Notes under the pieces: model-generated
The model's database searches: none
Told to the model about the DNA's origin: nothing
What the model saw: the letters and a program-made list of their open reading frames with translations, nothing else
Shown: one piece after another, positions 11,788 through 23,078 of the stretch
Numbering within the stretch: the first letter of the stretch is position 1
How the letters are laid out: every line of letters begins with the position of its first letter
DNA from: Anaeromyxobacter sp.
Lineage (GTDB): Bacteria; Myxococcota; Myxococcia; Myxococcales; Anaeromyxobacteraceae
Direction: 5' to 3'
DNA: 64,000 nucleotides
Assembly (NCBI GenBank): GCA_049840735.1
Contig: JASGJN010000017.1
Coordinates: 1-64,000, forward strand
Translations under genes and position numbers: made by a program

Positions 11788-14585
11788 ATGGCCCCTCCTC
11801 CGGACGCGCTCACCAGCCTCCCGACTTACCCGCCCTTCGAGTTCGAGACCAAGGTCCAGGAGCTCCCGGCTCCCACCGGCGATCTCAAGGCGGACTTCAC
11901 CGCCGGCCGCCGCTTCGTGGAGGAGGTCCACCGCGCCGGCGCCAGCGGCCACACCGTGGTCCGGCTGCAGAGCGCGGTGATGGACCGGACGGTGCGGCTG
12001 CTGTGGGAGCGGGCCGTGGAGCAGTCGGCCCAGGCGCACGGGAGCCAGAGCCCGGTCTCGGCTGATCGCCATCGGCGGCTACGGGCGGCGCGACCTGAAC
12101 CCGTACAGCGACGTGGACCTGCTGGTGCTGCACGGGCCGGGCAAGCCGGACGCCTTCGTGAAGACCGCCGCCGAGCGGCTGGTCTACGCGCTCTGGGACC
12201 TGCGCCTGGAGGTGGGCTACTCGGTGCGGGACCTCAAGACCTGCGACCAGCTGGCCTCCGAGGACCACACCGCCCGCACCGCGCTCCTCGACCTGCGCTA
12301 TCTGGCCGGCGATCGCGACCTGTACCGCGAGCTGGAGCGGGAGGAGCTGCACGGCCTCTCCGCCGCCAAGGTGGACAAGTTCCTGTCGGACAAGATGGAC
12401 GAGATGCGCTCGCGGCGCGAGCGGTTCGGGGACTCGCTCTACCTGCTCGAGCCGAACGTCAAGGAGTCGGAGGGCGGCCTGCGCGACCTGCAGTCGGCGC
12501 TCTGGCTGGCCCGCGTCCGCTTCAAGGTGGCCGGCATCACCGAGCTGCTCTCTCGCGCGCTCCTGCCGGAGCGGGAGATCCGCGAGATGCGCCGCGCGCG
12601 GGACTTCGTCTGGCGGGTCCGCAACGAGATGCACTACCTGGCCCAGCGCAAGTGGGACCAGCTCACCTTCGACGTCCAGCCGCAGGTGGCGGCGGCCATG
12701 GGCTACCAGGACACGGAGAGCCACTCCGCGGTCGAGGAGTTCATGCGCCACTACTACCTGGCGGCCAAGACGGTCCTGGTGGCGTGCGACGCCATCGTGG
12801 ACCGCTGCCTGGAGTCGCAGAGCGCGGTCGGGTGGCGGATGGTGCCGCCCCCGGCCGCCACGGTGGGGGCCGAGGTGCCGGTCCCGGTGCTGCGCGGCCA
12901 GCCCACGCGCTCGGCGGATCGCTTCCTGCCAGGCGACGAGCTGAAGGTCTTCCGCGGCCGGCTCACGGTGCGCGACAAGGACCTGCTGCGCCGCTCCCCG
13001 GCCGCGCTGGTGCGCCTCTTCTCCGCGGCCGACCGGGAGAACCTGGACCTGTATCCCTACGCGCGCGACCTGGCCGCCCAGGCCGCGGCCGAGCTGCCGG
13101 CCGAGGCCGCGGACGACCCGGAGCTGAACCAGGAGCTGGTGGCCGCCTTCATGCGGCCGGGCACCCGCGGCCGCTTCCTGCAGCTGATGCACGAGATCGG
13201 CGTGCTGCCGCACGTGCTGCCGGAGTTCGCGCGCGTCACGGCGCGGCGCCAGATCGACGTCTACCACGTGTACACGGTGGACGTTCACACGCTCTTCGCG
13301 GTCCGGCGCCTGTTCGCGCTCCGCTGCGGCGACCTGGCCGCGCATGAGCCGGCGCTCACGGCCATCGCCCAGGGGCAGCGGCGCCCGCTGGCGCTCTACC
13401 TGGGCGCCCTGTTCCACGACATCGGGAAGGGCAGCGGCAAGGATCACTCCATGCGCGGGGCCGAGAATCTCCGCCGAGGCCTGCGCGCGCATGGGGGTGG
13501 ACCCGGCCGACTCGGCGGACATCGAGTGGCTGGTGCTCAAGCACCTGCGCATGTCGGCCATCGCCCAGCGGCGCGATCTCTCCGACCCCGACCTGATCCA
13601 CGCCTTCGCCGAGGAGGTCGGGACCATCGACCGCCTGGAGAAGCTCTACCTGCTCACCTACGCGGACATCGCCACGGTGGGGCCGCGCACCTGGACCGAG
13701 TGGAAGTCGCGCCTGCTGCGCGAGCTCTACGAGAAGACCCGCGCCGTGCTGGAGAAGGGGGAGCGCCGCCCGGAGCCCGGGACCGCCGAGGCGGGCGGGC
13801 GCCAGGCGGTGGCGGCGGCCCTGGCCGCCCGCAAGGTGGCCGCGCCGCCGGCCGAGCAGCAGCGGTTCCTGGCGGCGATGCCGGCGCGCTACTTCGTGAC
13901 CGTCTCGCCGGAGGAGGCTCCCCGCCACCTCAAGCTGCTGGAGCTGGCGCGCAACCGCCCGCTGGCCGCGCTGATCAGGCACCAGCCGGAGCTGCGCACC
14001 TCGCTCTGCGCCGTCGCCGCGGCCGACCGGCCCGGCCTGCTGGCCACCATCGCCGGCGTGCTGGCGGCGCACCGGATCGACATCCACCACGCCGAGGTCT
14101 TCTCCACGCCGGACGACCCGGCGCTCGGGGCCCTGTCCGGCCGCGCGCTGGACGTGTTCGAGCTGCGCGGGCCCGAGGACTCGATCGTCGACCCGGCGCG
14201 CTGGCGGGCGGCCCGGCGGGACCTGGCCCGCGTGCTGGCGGGCGAGGAGTCGCTCGACGCGCTGATGGCCCGGCGGCTGCGCAGCTCGGCGCTGCCGCAG
14301 AAGCCGCTGCCGCGGGTGCCGGTGCGGATCATCATCGACAACGACAGCTCGCGGCACCACAGCGTGGTTGACGTCTTCGCCGCCGACCGGGTCGGCCTGC
14401 TGCACACGCTCGCCAAGACCTTCTTCGAGCTGGGGCTGTCGGTGGACCTGGCCCGCATCTTCACCGAGGGCCACCGCGCCTCGGACGCCTTCTACGTGCG
14501 CACCGCCTCGGGCGACCGCCTGGAGGGCGAGCAGGCCGGCGCCGTGGTGGCCGCGCTGGACGAGGCGCTGTCCAGGGCGGAGTAG
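11788..14585 (+). CDS. glnD: [protein-PII] uridylyltransferase GlnD (frameshifts near 12060 and 13467)
   Basis: AIGGYGRRDLNPYSDVDLL, EPNVKESEGGLRD, YHVYTVDVH, LFHDIGKG HD domain, two ACT domains (DRPGLL, DRVGLL). Confidence 0.95.
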
Positions 14586-14824
14586 CCGGTCGCCGGGCCT
14601 TCGACCCCGCCAGCCCAACCCTGACGCCGAGCCCGCCCCAGGGTCCGGCGCAGCCCGCGCTCGCCCAGCCCGCGCTGCCACGCGCCGCCCCTCCGGGGAG
14701 GGGCGGCCAATCCCTGGCGGGGCGCTCCGCAAAAGCTCCCGGATGGCGCGCCCTTGTCCACTCGCCAGGCCGTGGACACCATCTACCCGGGCGAACGGGG
14801 CAGGGGAAGGAAAGCTAGCCTGGC

Positions 14825-15769
14825 ATGGAGCGCTTCATCCGGATCGGGGTCGTGACCGCCTGGCCGGAGGACGACTGGCACAGCAGGCGGCTGCTCGCTG
14901 CCTGCAATCGCCGCAGCGAGGCGACCGCCATCGACCCCGCCTCGCTGCGCGCCGTCTGCGAGGCCTCGGGCCTGTCGGTCTGGGCCGACGGCGCACCGCT
15001 GGCGACGCTCGACGCCTACCTGCTGGTGCGCGGCCTGGGACGCAGGGGCGATGCCGACGTGCAGTTCGAGGTCTACCGCGCCCTCGAGGGGAGCGGCGCG
15101 GTGGTGGTGAACCGGCTGGAGCCGCTGCTGGCCGCGCAGGACAAGTTCCGCACCTCCTGGCTGCTGGCGCGCGCCGGCGTTCCGACGCCGGCGGCGGCCG
15201 TGGCGCAGGGCGCCGACGACGCCGAGGCGCTGCTGGTCCGGATGGGCGAGGTGGTGGCGAAGCCGCTGGCCGGCTCGCTCGGGGATGGAGTCGAGCGTTT
15301 ACGCCCCGACGCGGCGGGGCGACAGGCGATCAGGGAGCGGGCCGCGCGCGACGGCGCGGTCTACCTTCAGGAATACGTGCCTCACCCCGGCCGCGACCTG
15401 CGCGTCTTCGTGGTGGGCGGCGTTGCCCGCGCCGCCATCGAGAGACACGCGCCCCCGGGCGAGTGGCGGACCAACCTGGCCGGGGGCGGGCAGGCGGCGG
15501 CGTTGGAGTGTCCGGCGGAGATCCAGGCCGCAGCGGTGGCTGCCGCGGCGGCGCTGGAGCTCGACTACGCCGGCGTGGATCTGGTCGTCGCGGGCGGCGC
15601 GGCGGCCATCATCGAGGTGAACGGGAACCCCAGCTGGCAGGGGATCCTCGAGGCGACCGGCCTCGACATGGCCGAAGCGATCGCCGACCACGTGCTCGGT
15701 CGGGCCCTGCGCCGCCGGATGGCCAGCGACCACATTGTGCGTGAACGGACGGGGGCGACACATGGCTGA
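14825..15769 (+). CDS. RimK/LysX-family ATP-grasp ligase
   Basis: AQDKF, VAKPLAGSLGDGV, YLQEYV, DLRVFVVGG, WRTNLAGGG, YAGVDL, IEVNGNP. Confidence 0.9.
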   Translation: MERFIRIGVVTAWPEDDWHSRRLLAACNRRSEATAIDPASLRAVCEASGLSVWADGAPLATLDAYLLVRGLGRRGDADVQFEVYRALEGSGAVVVNRLEPLLAAQDKFRTSWLLARAGVPTPAAAVAQGADDAEALLVRMGEVVAKPLAGSLGDGVERLRPDAAGRQAIRERAARDGAVYLQEYVPHPGRDLRVFVVGGVARAAIERHAPPGEWRTNLAGGGQAAALECPAEIQAAAVAAAAALELDYAGVDLVVAGGAAAIIEVNGNPSWQGILEATGLDMAEAIADHVLGRALRRRMASDHIVRERTGATHG

Positions 15770-16152
15770 AGAGAAGAAGGGCGGCAGCAAGGGGGCGATG
15801 ACGGTTCTCGGAGGCCGGTCGCAAGGGTGGCGTCCGCGTCCGGGAGACGCGGGGGCGGAAGTTCTACGAGGAGATTGGCAAGAAGGGCGGTGAGACCGTC
15901 AAGGCCGAGCGGGGCCGCAAGTTCTACGAGGAGATTGGCAAGAAGGGCGGCGACACCGTCAAGGCCGAGCGCGGGCCGCGCTTCTACGAGGAGATTGGCA
16001 AGAAGGGCGGCGAGACCATCAAGGCCGAGCGCGGTACGCCCTTCTACGAGGAGATCGGCCGCAAGGGCGGACACAAGGTCCGCGAGCTGATCGAGAAGGG
16101 GAAGGCCGGAGTGGACGAGGACGCCGCCAGCAAGACGAACCGCGGCGAGTAG
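15762..16152 (+). CDS. KGG-repeat general stress protein (GsiB/YciG-like); indels at 15805-15860
   Basis: MAEEKKGGSKGAMTVSEAGRKGG..(FYEEIGKKGGETVKAERG)x4..KVRELIEKGK..NRGE*; start overlaps the ligase stop. Confidence 0.85.
15862..16101 (+). repeat. Four 60-bp coding tandem repeats (20-aa KGG unit)
   Basis: TTCTACGAGGAGATTGGCAAGAAGGGCGG..ACC(G/A)TCAAGGCCGAGCG repeated with a 60-bp period. Confidence 0.9.
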
Positions 16153-16178
16153 CCGTATGACGACGAGGGGGGGACGGG

Positions 16179-16376
16179 ATGGCGGACCACGAGGAGAAGA
16201 GCGCGGCCCGGGCCGAGCCTGACGAGGGGCGCCGGGGGATGACGGTGTCGGAGGCTGGACGCAAGGGCGGCATCGCCGTCCGGGACGAGCGCGGCCACGC
16301 CTTCTACGAGGAGATTGGCAAGAAGGGCGGGCAGAAGGTCCGCGAGCTGATCGAGCGCGGGAAGAGCCGCACCTGA
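16179..16376 (+). CDS. Second, single-unit KGG stress protein
   Basis: MTVSEAGRKGG..RGHAFYEEIGKKGGQKVRELIERGK; paralogous to the upstream gene. Confidence 0.85.
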   Translation: MADHEEKSAARAEPDEGRRGMTVSEAGRKGGIAVRDERGHAFYEEIGKKGGQKVRELIERGKSRT

Positions 16377-16490
16377 CGGCCCCCGGCCGCCGCCGCGACC
16401 CCATTCCAGGCACCGGGTGGGGCTGCGCGCGGGCGGCCGGGCCATTCGCGCGCTTGGGGGAGCGGCCGAAAGCTGCTAGATGACGGGCTC

Positions 16491-17114
16491 ATGTCGGCTG
16501 CCCCCATCGTCGAGATCGACCCGCTCCACCCGCAGCCCCGCCTCGTCGAGCGCGCGGTGTCCGCGCTCTCGTCCGGGGGACTGCTGGCCTACCCGACCGA
16601 CACGTACTACGGCATCGGGTGCGACCTGTTCGACAAGCGCGCCATCGAGCGGATCTACCAGCTCAAGGGGCTGCCCAAGTCGCACGAGCTCTCGTTCGTG
16701 TGCCAGGACCTGGCGGAGATCTCGCGCTACGCCATCGTGGACAACGCCGCCTACCGCGTGCTCCGGCGCAAGGTGCCGGGGCCGTTCACGTTCATCCTGC
16801 CGGCCACCCGGCTGGTCCCCGACCTCTTGCTGCGCCGGCAGAAGACGGTCGGCATCCGCATCCCGGACAGCCCCATCGCGCTGGAGATCGTGCGCCTGCT
16901 GGGCCACCCGCTCATCTCCACCTCGGCGGCCACGCCGGAGGGCGAGGTGCTGATCGACGCCCGGGACATCAAGGATCGGCTGGGGCACGGCCTCGACCTG
17001 ATCCTAGACGGCGGCTACAAGCCCAACGAGCCGTCCTCGGTCATCGACCTGTCCGGGCCGGAGCCGGTGGTGGTCCGGGTGGGCAAGGGCGACGTGTCGG
17101 ACCTGGTGGTCTAG
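16491..17114 (+). CDS. Sua5/YciO/YrdC-family protein (threonylcarbamoyl-AMP synthase-like)
   Basis: IDPLHPQPRL, AYPTDTYYGIGCD, PGPFTFIL, TVGIRIPD, LISTSA, PSSVIDL. Confidence 0.92.
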   Translation: MSAAPIVEIDPLHPQPRLVERAVSALSSGGLLAYPTDTYYGIGCDLFDKRAIERIYQLKGLPKSHELSFVCQDLAEISRYAIVDNAAYRVLRRKVPGPFTFILPATRLVPDLLLRRQKTVGIRIPDSPIALEIVRLLGHPLISTSAATPEGEVLIDARDIKDRLGHGLDLILDGGYKPNEPSSVIDLSGPEPVVVRVGKGDVSDLVV

Positions 17115-17127
17115 CGCCGCCGCCCTT

Positions 17128-17160
17128 CCGCTCGTGGTGAGCCTGTCGAACCACGGGCGG
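17128..17160. repeat. REP-like palindromic element (GAGCCTGTCGAA core)
   Basis: CCGCTCGTGGT-GAGCCTGTCGA-ACCACGGGCGG; same core recurs at 50853-50879 and 57721-57747. Confidence 0.65.
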
Positions 17161-17212
17161 CGGCGAGCGGCCGCGAACTGGACGGCCGGCCACCGGGCGA
17201 TATCGTCCGGGC

Positions 17213-18110
17213 ATGTCGCCGCTGGAGCCCGCCCTGGACCTCTTCGCCGCCCACCTGCGGGTGGAGAAGGGGCTCTCCGAGAACACGGTCGAGGGGTACG
17301 GGCGCGACGTGCGGCGCTACCTGGACCACCTCCAGGCGCTGGGGCGCACCTCCTGGCGCGAGGTCTCGCGCGCCGACGTGCAGGCCCACCTGGCCGCGCT
17401 GACCGGCGACGGCCTGTCCGGCCGCTCCCAGGCGCGCGCCCTCTCGGCCGTGCGCGGGCTGCACCGGCTGCTCCTGGCCGAGCGGCTGGTGGAGGTGGAC
17501 GCCACCGACGAGATTGACGCGCCGCGCCCGGGCCGGCCGCTGCCGGGGCTGCTCTCGCACCAGGAGGTGGACGAGCTGCTGGCCGCGCCGGACCGGCGCA
17601 GCGCCGCCGGGCTGCGCGACAAGGCCATGCTGGAGCTGCTCTATGCCACCGGGCTGCGGGTCTCCGAGCTGGTGGGGCTGGGGCTGAACGACGTGGACCT
17701 GGAGGCGCGGGTGCTGGTGGCCCGCGGCAAGGGGAACAAGGAGCGGCTGGTCCCGGTGGGCGCCCCGGCCGCCGACGCGGTCAAGGCGTACCTGGCGGTG
17801 GCGCGCGAGCGGCTCCTGCACGGCCGCCGCTCGAAGGACCTCTTCGTCACCCCGCGCGGCGGCCGGATGACGCGCCAGGGCTTCGCCAAGCTGCTGGGCC
17901 GGTACGCCCGGGCGGCCGGGATCCGCCGCCGCATCTCGCCGCACAAGCTGCGCCACTCCTTCGCCACCCACCTGCTGGAAGGGGGCGCGGACCTGCGCGC
18001 GGTCCAGTCCATGCTGGGTCACGCTGACGTCTCGACGACCCAGATTCTACACCCACGTGGACCGGACCCACGTCCGCAAGCTGCACCAGCGCTATCACCC
18101 GCGCGCCTGA
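17213..18110 (+). CDS. xerD: Tyrosine recombinase XerD (frameshift near 18045)
   Basis: VEKGLSENT, RDKAMLELLYATGLRVSEL, GKGNKERLVP, MTRQGF, SPHKLRHSFATHLL, LGHADVSTTQIYTHV after correction. Confidence 0.93.
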
Positions 18111-18206
18111 GCGGGGCCGCCGCGACCCCCGGGCGCACGCACGCCTGGCGCGTTGACCGGGGGCGTCTGCTGGGCTAAAGAACCCCTTTTCCTGCGAGGG
18201 CTTGGG

Positions 18207-18857
18207 TTGCTCGACACCCCCATCACGGAGCGGGTTCTCTGGCTCGTGGTCTTCATGCTGTCGTGCGCGGTGCACGAGTTCGCGCACGCCTGGGCGGCGT
18301 GGCGGCTCGGCGATGACACCGCCGCGCGCCAGGGCCGGCTCACGCTCAACCCCATCGCGCACGCCGACCTGATCGGCACGGTCATCCTGCCCCTGCTGAT
18401 GGCGCCCTTCGCCTGGGCCAAGCCCACGCCGGTCAACCCCGCGCGCTTCCGGCGCGGGGTCAGCATGGCCACCGGGGACATCCTGGTGAGCGTGGCAGGG
18501 CCCATCTCCAACGTCATCCTCGGGTTGGTGGCCTCGCTCCTCTACGGCCTGCTGTCGCGCGTCGCGCCGGCGGCGGTGGCGAACGGGGCCGGGCTGGGCG
18601 AGCTGCTCCTCACGCTGATCGTCGCCAACGCGATGCTGGCCGTGTTCAACCTGCTGCCCGTCCCGCCGCTGGATGGCGGGCACGTGGTCGGGAACCTGAT
18701 CCCGGAGCGCTGGCGCGGCGCCTGGAACACCTTCGCCACCTTCGCGCCCTTCGTGCTCATGGCCCTGGTCATCACCGGCGCCTCATTCCTCCGGGGACCG
18801 ATCATCGGCCTGGCCGCGCTGCTCCGCGGCGCTTCCCTCATGCTCTTCGGGGCCTGA
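18207..18857 (+). CDS. Site-2 protease (M50) family membrane metalloprotease
   Basis: HEFAH, GRLTLNP, VSVAGP, FNLLPVPPLDGGH; start uncertain (TTG 18207). Confidence 0.92.
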   Translation: MLDTPITERVLWLVVFMLSCAVHEFAHAWAAWRLGDDTAARQGRLTLNPIAHADLIGTVILPLLMAPFAWAKPTPVNPARFRRGVSMATGDILVSVAGPISNVILGLVASLLYGLLSRVAPAAVANGAGLGELLLTLIVANAMLAVFNLLPVPPLDGGHVVGNLIPERWRGAWNTFATFAPFVLMALVITGASFLRGPIIGLAALLRGASLMLFGA

Positions 18858-18871
18858 CGCACACCTCCACC

Positions 18872-19867
18872 ATGACCACGCCCAAGCGTCCCACCGTCGT
18901 CAGCGGCATGCGGCCCACCGGCCGCCTCCACCTCGGCCACCTCCACGGCGCCCTGGCCAACTGGGTCCGCCTGCAGGACGAGGCCGACTGCTACTTCTTC
19001 AGCGCCGACTGGCACGCGCTCACCACGAACTACCACGACCCCGGCATCATCAAGGCGTCGGAGCGGGAGATGTTCGTGGACTTCATCGCCGCCGGCGTGG
19101 ACCCGCAGAAGGTCACGCTCTTCATCCAGAGCGAGGTGAAGGAGCACGCCGAGCTGTTCCTGCTGCTGGGCATGATCACGCCGGTGGGCTGGCTGGAGCG
19201 CTCGCCTTCGTACAAGGAGATGCGCGAGAACATCACCGACCGCGAGCTGGCCCTGTACGGCTTCCTCGGCTACCCGGTGCTGCAGACCGCCGACATCATC
19301 CTGTACAAGGCCGATCGCGTCCCGGTGGGCATCGACCAGGTCCCCCATCTGGAATTGGCGCGCGAGATCGTCCGCAAGTTCAACTTCCACTACGGCGAGG
19401 TCTTCCCCGAGCCGAAGCCGCTGCTCACCGCCGCGCCGAAGATCCTGGGCACCGACGGCCGCAAGATGTCCAAGAGCTACGGCAACACCATCGACCTGGG
19501 CGAGAGCGCCGAGAGCACCACCAAGAAGGTCATGGGCGCCGTGACCGACCCGGCCCGCAAGCGTCGCCAGGACCCGGGCAACCCAGAGGTCTGCGGGATT
19601 TCTGACCTGCACAAGGTGACCAGCACCGACGAGACCGTGGCCTGGGTGGACACGAACTGCCGGACCGCCGGGATCGGCTGCGTGGACTGCAAGAAGAAGC
19701 TCCTGGAGCGGCTCCTGCCGCAGCAGGAGGAGATGCGGGCCCGCCGCGAGGCGCTCCTGGCCAGGCCGGGGGACCTCGATGAGCTGGTGCAGCTGGGGAC
19801 CCGCAAGGCGCGGACCATCGCCCAGGCCACCATGGGGCAGGTCCGCCAGGCGATGAAGCTCGGGTAG
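18872..19867 (+). CDS. trpS: Tryptophan--tRNA ligase
   Basis: SGMRPTGRLHLGH, GYPVLQTADI, VPVGIDQ, KMSKS. Confidence 0.97.
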   Translation: MTTPKRPTVVSGMRPTGRLHLGHLHGALANWVRLQDEADCYFFSADWHALTTNYHDPGIIKASEREMFVDFIAAGVDPQKVTLFIQSEVKEHAELFLLLGMITPVGWLERSPSYKEMRENITDRELALYGFLGYPVLQTADIILYKADRVPVGIDQVPHLELAREIVRKFNFHYGEVFPEPKPLLTAAPKILGTDGRKMSKSYGNTIDLGESAESTTKKVMGAVTDPARKRRQDPGNPEVCGISDLHKVTSTDETVAWVDTNCRTAGIGCVDCKKKLLERLLPQQEEMRARREALLARPGDLDELVQLGTRKARTIAQATMGQVRQAMKLG

Positions 19868-19909
19868 AGTCGGGCAGCTTCTCCCTACACAGCGAGGACG
19901 ATCGCCGGG

Positions 19910-20807
19910 ATGGCGAGCGAGAGCGAGACCGACGCAGGCGCGTCCGCGAACGGCGGCGACGGTGGCGACGTGCGCGCCGCGGCCGCGGCGTTCCGCGTCT
20001 CGCTGCCCCCGCTCAAGCGCGGGGAGCCGCCCTTCGAGGGGCCGCTCGACCTGATCCTCCACCTCGTGAAGGAGCACGAGGTCGATCTCTTCGACATCCC
20101 CATCGCGAAGATCACCGAGAGCTACCTCGAGACGCTCGAGGCGATGCGCGAGCTGGACATCGACATCGCCGGCGAGTTCCTGCACATGGCGGCGCAGCTC
20201 ATGCTCATGAAGAGCAAGCTGCTCCTGCCGCGGACCGAGGTGGCGGAGGACGCGCCCGGCCCCGAGGACCTGGGCGTGGACCCGCGCGCCGAGCTGGTGC
20301 GCCGGCTGCTCGAGTACCAGAAGTACAAGGCGGCCGGCGAGGAGCTGGGGAACCGCGACATCCTCGAGCGCAGCGTCTTCACCCGCAAGGTGCGCGTGGA
20401 GCGCCCGGCGGCGCCGGACGGGCCGGAGGGGCTGGCGGACGTCTCGGTGTTCAAGCTCATCGAGGCGCTGGACAAGGTGATGGCCAGCGCCGCGCCCGAG
20501 CACGCGCACGAGGTGATCACCGACCGGCTCTCCATCACCGACGCCATCTCGGCGGTGGCGGAGGTGCTGCGCCTGCAGCGGCGCGCCACCTTCGAGGAGC
20601 TGCTGGCCGGCCCGCCCGAGCGGCGCCACACCAAGACCAACGTGATCGCCACGTTCCTCGCCATCCTGGAGATGGCGAAGCTGAAGCCGATCCGCATCTA
20701 CCAGGCCGCGCTGGACGAGGCCGGACCCGGGGCGGAGAATCCTCGTCGAGGCGAAGGACACCCTCGGCGACGAGCCCGTGCCCGAGGGGCAGGAGGACTA
20801 TCGATGA
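19910..20807 (+). CDS. scpA: Segregation and condensation protein A (frameshift near 20739)
   Basis: FEGPLDLILHLV, EFLHMAAQL..KSKLLLP, ELVRRLLEYQKYK, TFLAILEM; corrected stop overlaps the scpB ATG. Confidence 0.93.
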
Positions 20808-21981
20808 CGGGGCACCCCGACGATTCGGAGCGCGCGCCCGGCGAGGAGGGCGCCGCGGCGGGGGAGCACCCCGCGCCCACGCCGGACCCGGTGCCCGCGC
20901 CGGCGCCCGCGCCGGAGGGCGACCAGCCGCCGGCGGCGCCGCCGGTGGAGGAGCCCGGAACGCCCGAGCCGGAGCAGGCGCCCGGCGAGCCCCTGCAGGC
21001 GGCCGCCGACGGCGCCGGGGGTGCGGCCGCGCCCGAGGCGCCGCCTCCCAGGCCGTCCGTCTCGCAGGAGGAGCTGGAGGCGCTGCAGGTGGCCGAGGAG
21101 GCCAAGGAGGGCGACCCGGGCCTGGACGAGGTGGAGTCGGCGGACATCGACGTCGCCGACGAGAAGGAGGAGCCCTTCGAGAAGCTGGCCGCGGCCGCCA
21201 AGCGGCTGGGCGAGGGGCGCGTCCGGACCGTGCTGGAGACGCTGCTCTTCCTGTCCGACCGCCCGCTCACGCCGGAGGAGCTGCGCCAGGCCACCGGGCT
21301 GGAGGTGGAGCGGATCGACAAGGCGCTGGACCAGCTCTCCGGCACGTACCGCGACGGGCTCTCCGGCATCGTGCTGCACGAGGTGGCCGGCGGGTGGCAG
21401 CTGCGCAGCTCGCCGGTCAACGCCGACTTCGCGCGCCGCTTCCTCAAGGTGAAGCCGCAGCGGCTGACCCGCGCCGCGCTGGAGACCCTGGCCATCGTGG
21501 CCTACCGGCAGCCGGTGACGCGGCCGGAGATCGAGGACATCCGCGGCGTGGACTGCGGCGCGGTGATGAAGGCCCTGCTGGAGCGCCGGCTGGTGAAGAT
21601 CCTGGGCAAGAAGGAGGAGCCGGGGCGTCCCATGCTGTACGGGACCACCCGCGAGTTCCTGGAGTTCTTCTCGCTCAAGGACCTGGCCTCGCTGCCCACG
21701 CTGCGCGAGTTCCACGAGCTCTCGCAGGAGCACCGCAAATCGTCGAGACCGAGACCCCCGAGCCGGTCCAGCCCGGGATCGCCGGCATCGTCGAGGAGCT
21801 CTCCGACGAGAAGCTCCGCGTCGACCTGGAGGCCAAGCGGGCCGAGGCCGACGCCGCCCTGGAGGAGCTGGAGCGCGCCATGGAGGAGGCCGACACCAAG
21901 GCGCGCGCCGCCTCGGAGGCGCTGGGAGACAAGAAGCGCAAGGACGAGGAGCCGGGTCCCGAGGCGGAGGGTGGCGCGTGA
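20804..21981 (+). CDS. scpB: SMC-Scp complex subunit ScpB with long Pro/acidic N-terminal extension (frameshift near 21738)
   Basis: LETLLF, EVAGGWQL, LTRAALETLAIVAYRQPVTRPEIEDIRGVD, PGRPMLYGTTREFLEFF. Confidence 0.93.
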
Positions 21982-23021
21982 GCGACGAGCGGCTGCAGAA
22001 GTACCTGGCCGCGGCCGGCGTGGCCTCGCGGCGCAAGGCCGAGGAGCTGATCACGGCGGGCCGCGTGAAGGTGAACCAGAAGGTGGTCACCGAGCTCGGC
22101 ACCAAGATCGACCCGGTCACCGACCTGGTCACGGTGGACGGCAAGCTCATCTCGCGCGCGGAGGAGCGGAGCTACTACCTGCTCTACAAGCCCTCCGGCT
22201 GCGTCACGACCGCCTCGGATCCCGAGGGGCGGCCCACCGCGCTGCAGTACCTGCACGGCGTGAAGGCGCGCGTCTTCCCGGTGGGGCGGCTCGACTACGA
22301 CGCCGAGGGGGCGGTGCTCCTCACCGACGACGGCGAGCTGGCCAACCGGCTGGCCCACCCGCGCTACGGCCACGCCCGCGTCTACCTGGTGAAGGTGAAG
22401 GGTGATCCGCCGGCCGAGGCGCTGGAGCGGATGCGCGCCGGGGTGCGGCTGGAGGACGGGCCGGCCCGCGCCATCGACGCCTCGGTGCACGAGCACGCCG
22501 AGAAGAACGTCTGGATCCGCGTGGTGGTGGGGGAGGGGCGCTACCACCTGGTGAAGCGGCTCTGCGAGGCGGTGGGGCTGCAGGTGCAGCGGCTCTTCAG
22601 GCCCGAGTTCGGCGGCGTCACCGTGGACGGCCTGCGGGCCGGCAGGTTCCGCCCGCTCACGCCGGCCGAGGTGAAGACCATGAAGCAGCGCGTGGGGCTT
22701 GCCTCGGGCACGCCCGAGGCGCCGCCCCGCCCGGCCGACCTCCCGCGCGCCGCCCGCCGCCATGGCCATGGGCCGCCGCCTCCGCCCGGGATGGAGCCGC
22801 GCGAGGACGGCGAGGAGCGCGACGAGCCGCCGGGGCGCGAGGACCGGCCCGGGCGCGCCCCGGAGCGCGCCGGACGCCAGCCGGAGCGGGCGGGCCGCCC
22901 CGAGCCCCGCGGTCCGCGCGGACCGGGCGCGCAGCGCGCCGGGCCGGGCGGGCGTCCCGCGGGCCAGGGACGCCCCGGGCGCCCGTCGCGCCCGTCCGGC
23001 CGCGGCGGCCGAGGCCGGTAG
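21978..23021 (+). CDS. rluB: Ribosomal pseudouridine synthase, RluB/RsuA family
   Basis: ERLQKYLAAAGVASRRKAEELI S4 domain, FPVGRLDY, low-complexity Arg/Gly tail. Confidence 0.9.
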   Translation: MSDERLQKYLAAAGVASRRKAEELITAGRVKVNQKVVTELGTKIDPVTDLVTVDGKLISRAEERSYYLLYKPSGCVTTASDPEGRPTALQYLHGVKARVFPVGRLDYDAEGAVLLTDDGELANRLAHPRYGHARVYLVKVKGDPPAEALERMRAGVRLEDGPARAIDASVHEHAEKNVWIRVVVGEGRYHLVKRLCEAVGLQVQRLFRPEFGGVTVDGLRAGRFRPLTPAEVKTMKQRVGLASGTPEAPPRPADLPRAARRHGHGPPPPPGMEPREDGEERDEPPGREDRPGRAPERAGRQPERAGRPEPRGPRGPGAQRAGPGGRPAGQGRPGRPSRPSGRGGRGR

Positions 23022-23078
23022 CGGCGCATGTTCGCGCCCGCCCGCGCCCCTTGCGCAGGCCGTCGCCTTGCGGCGACC

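Noticed and set aside
15862..16101. 60-bp periodic repeats as a CRISPR array
   Set aside because: No unique spacers, in-frame coding of KGG units, no cas genes
14825..16376. Firm call as a graspetide RiPP cluster
   Set aside because: Ligase looks RimK/LysX-like, repeats are a known stress-protein motif, and there is no leader motif, protease or exporter; kept only as a hypothesis
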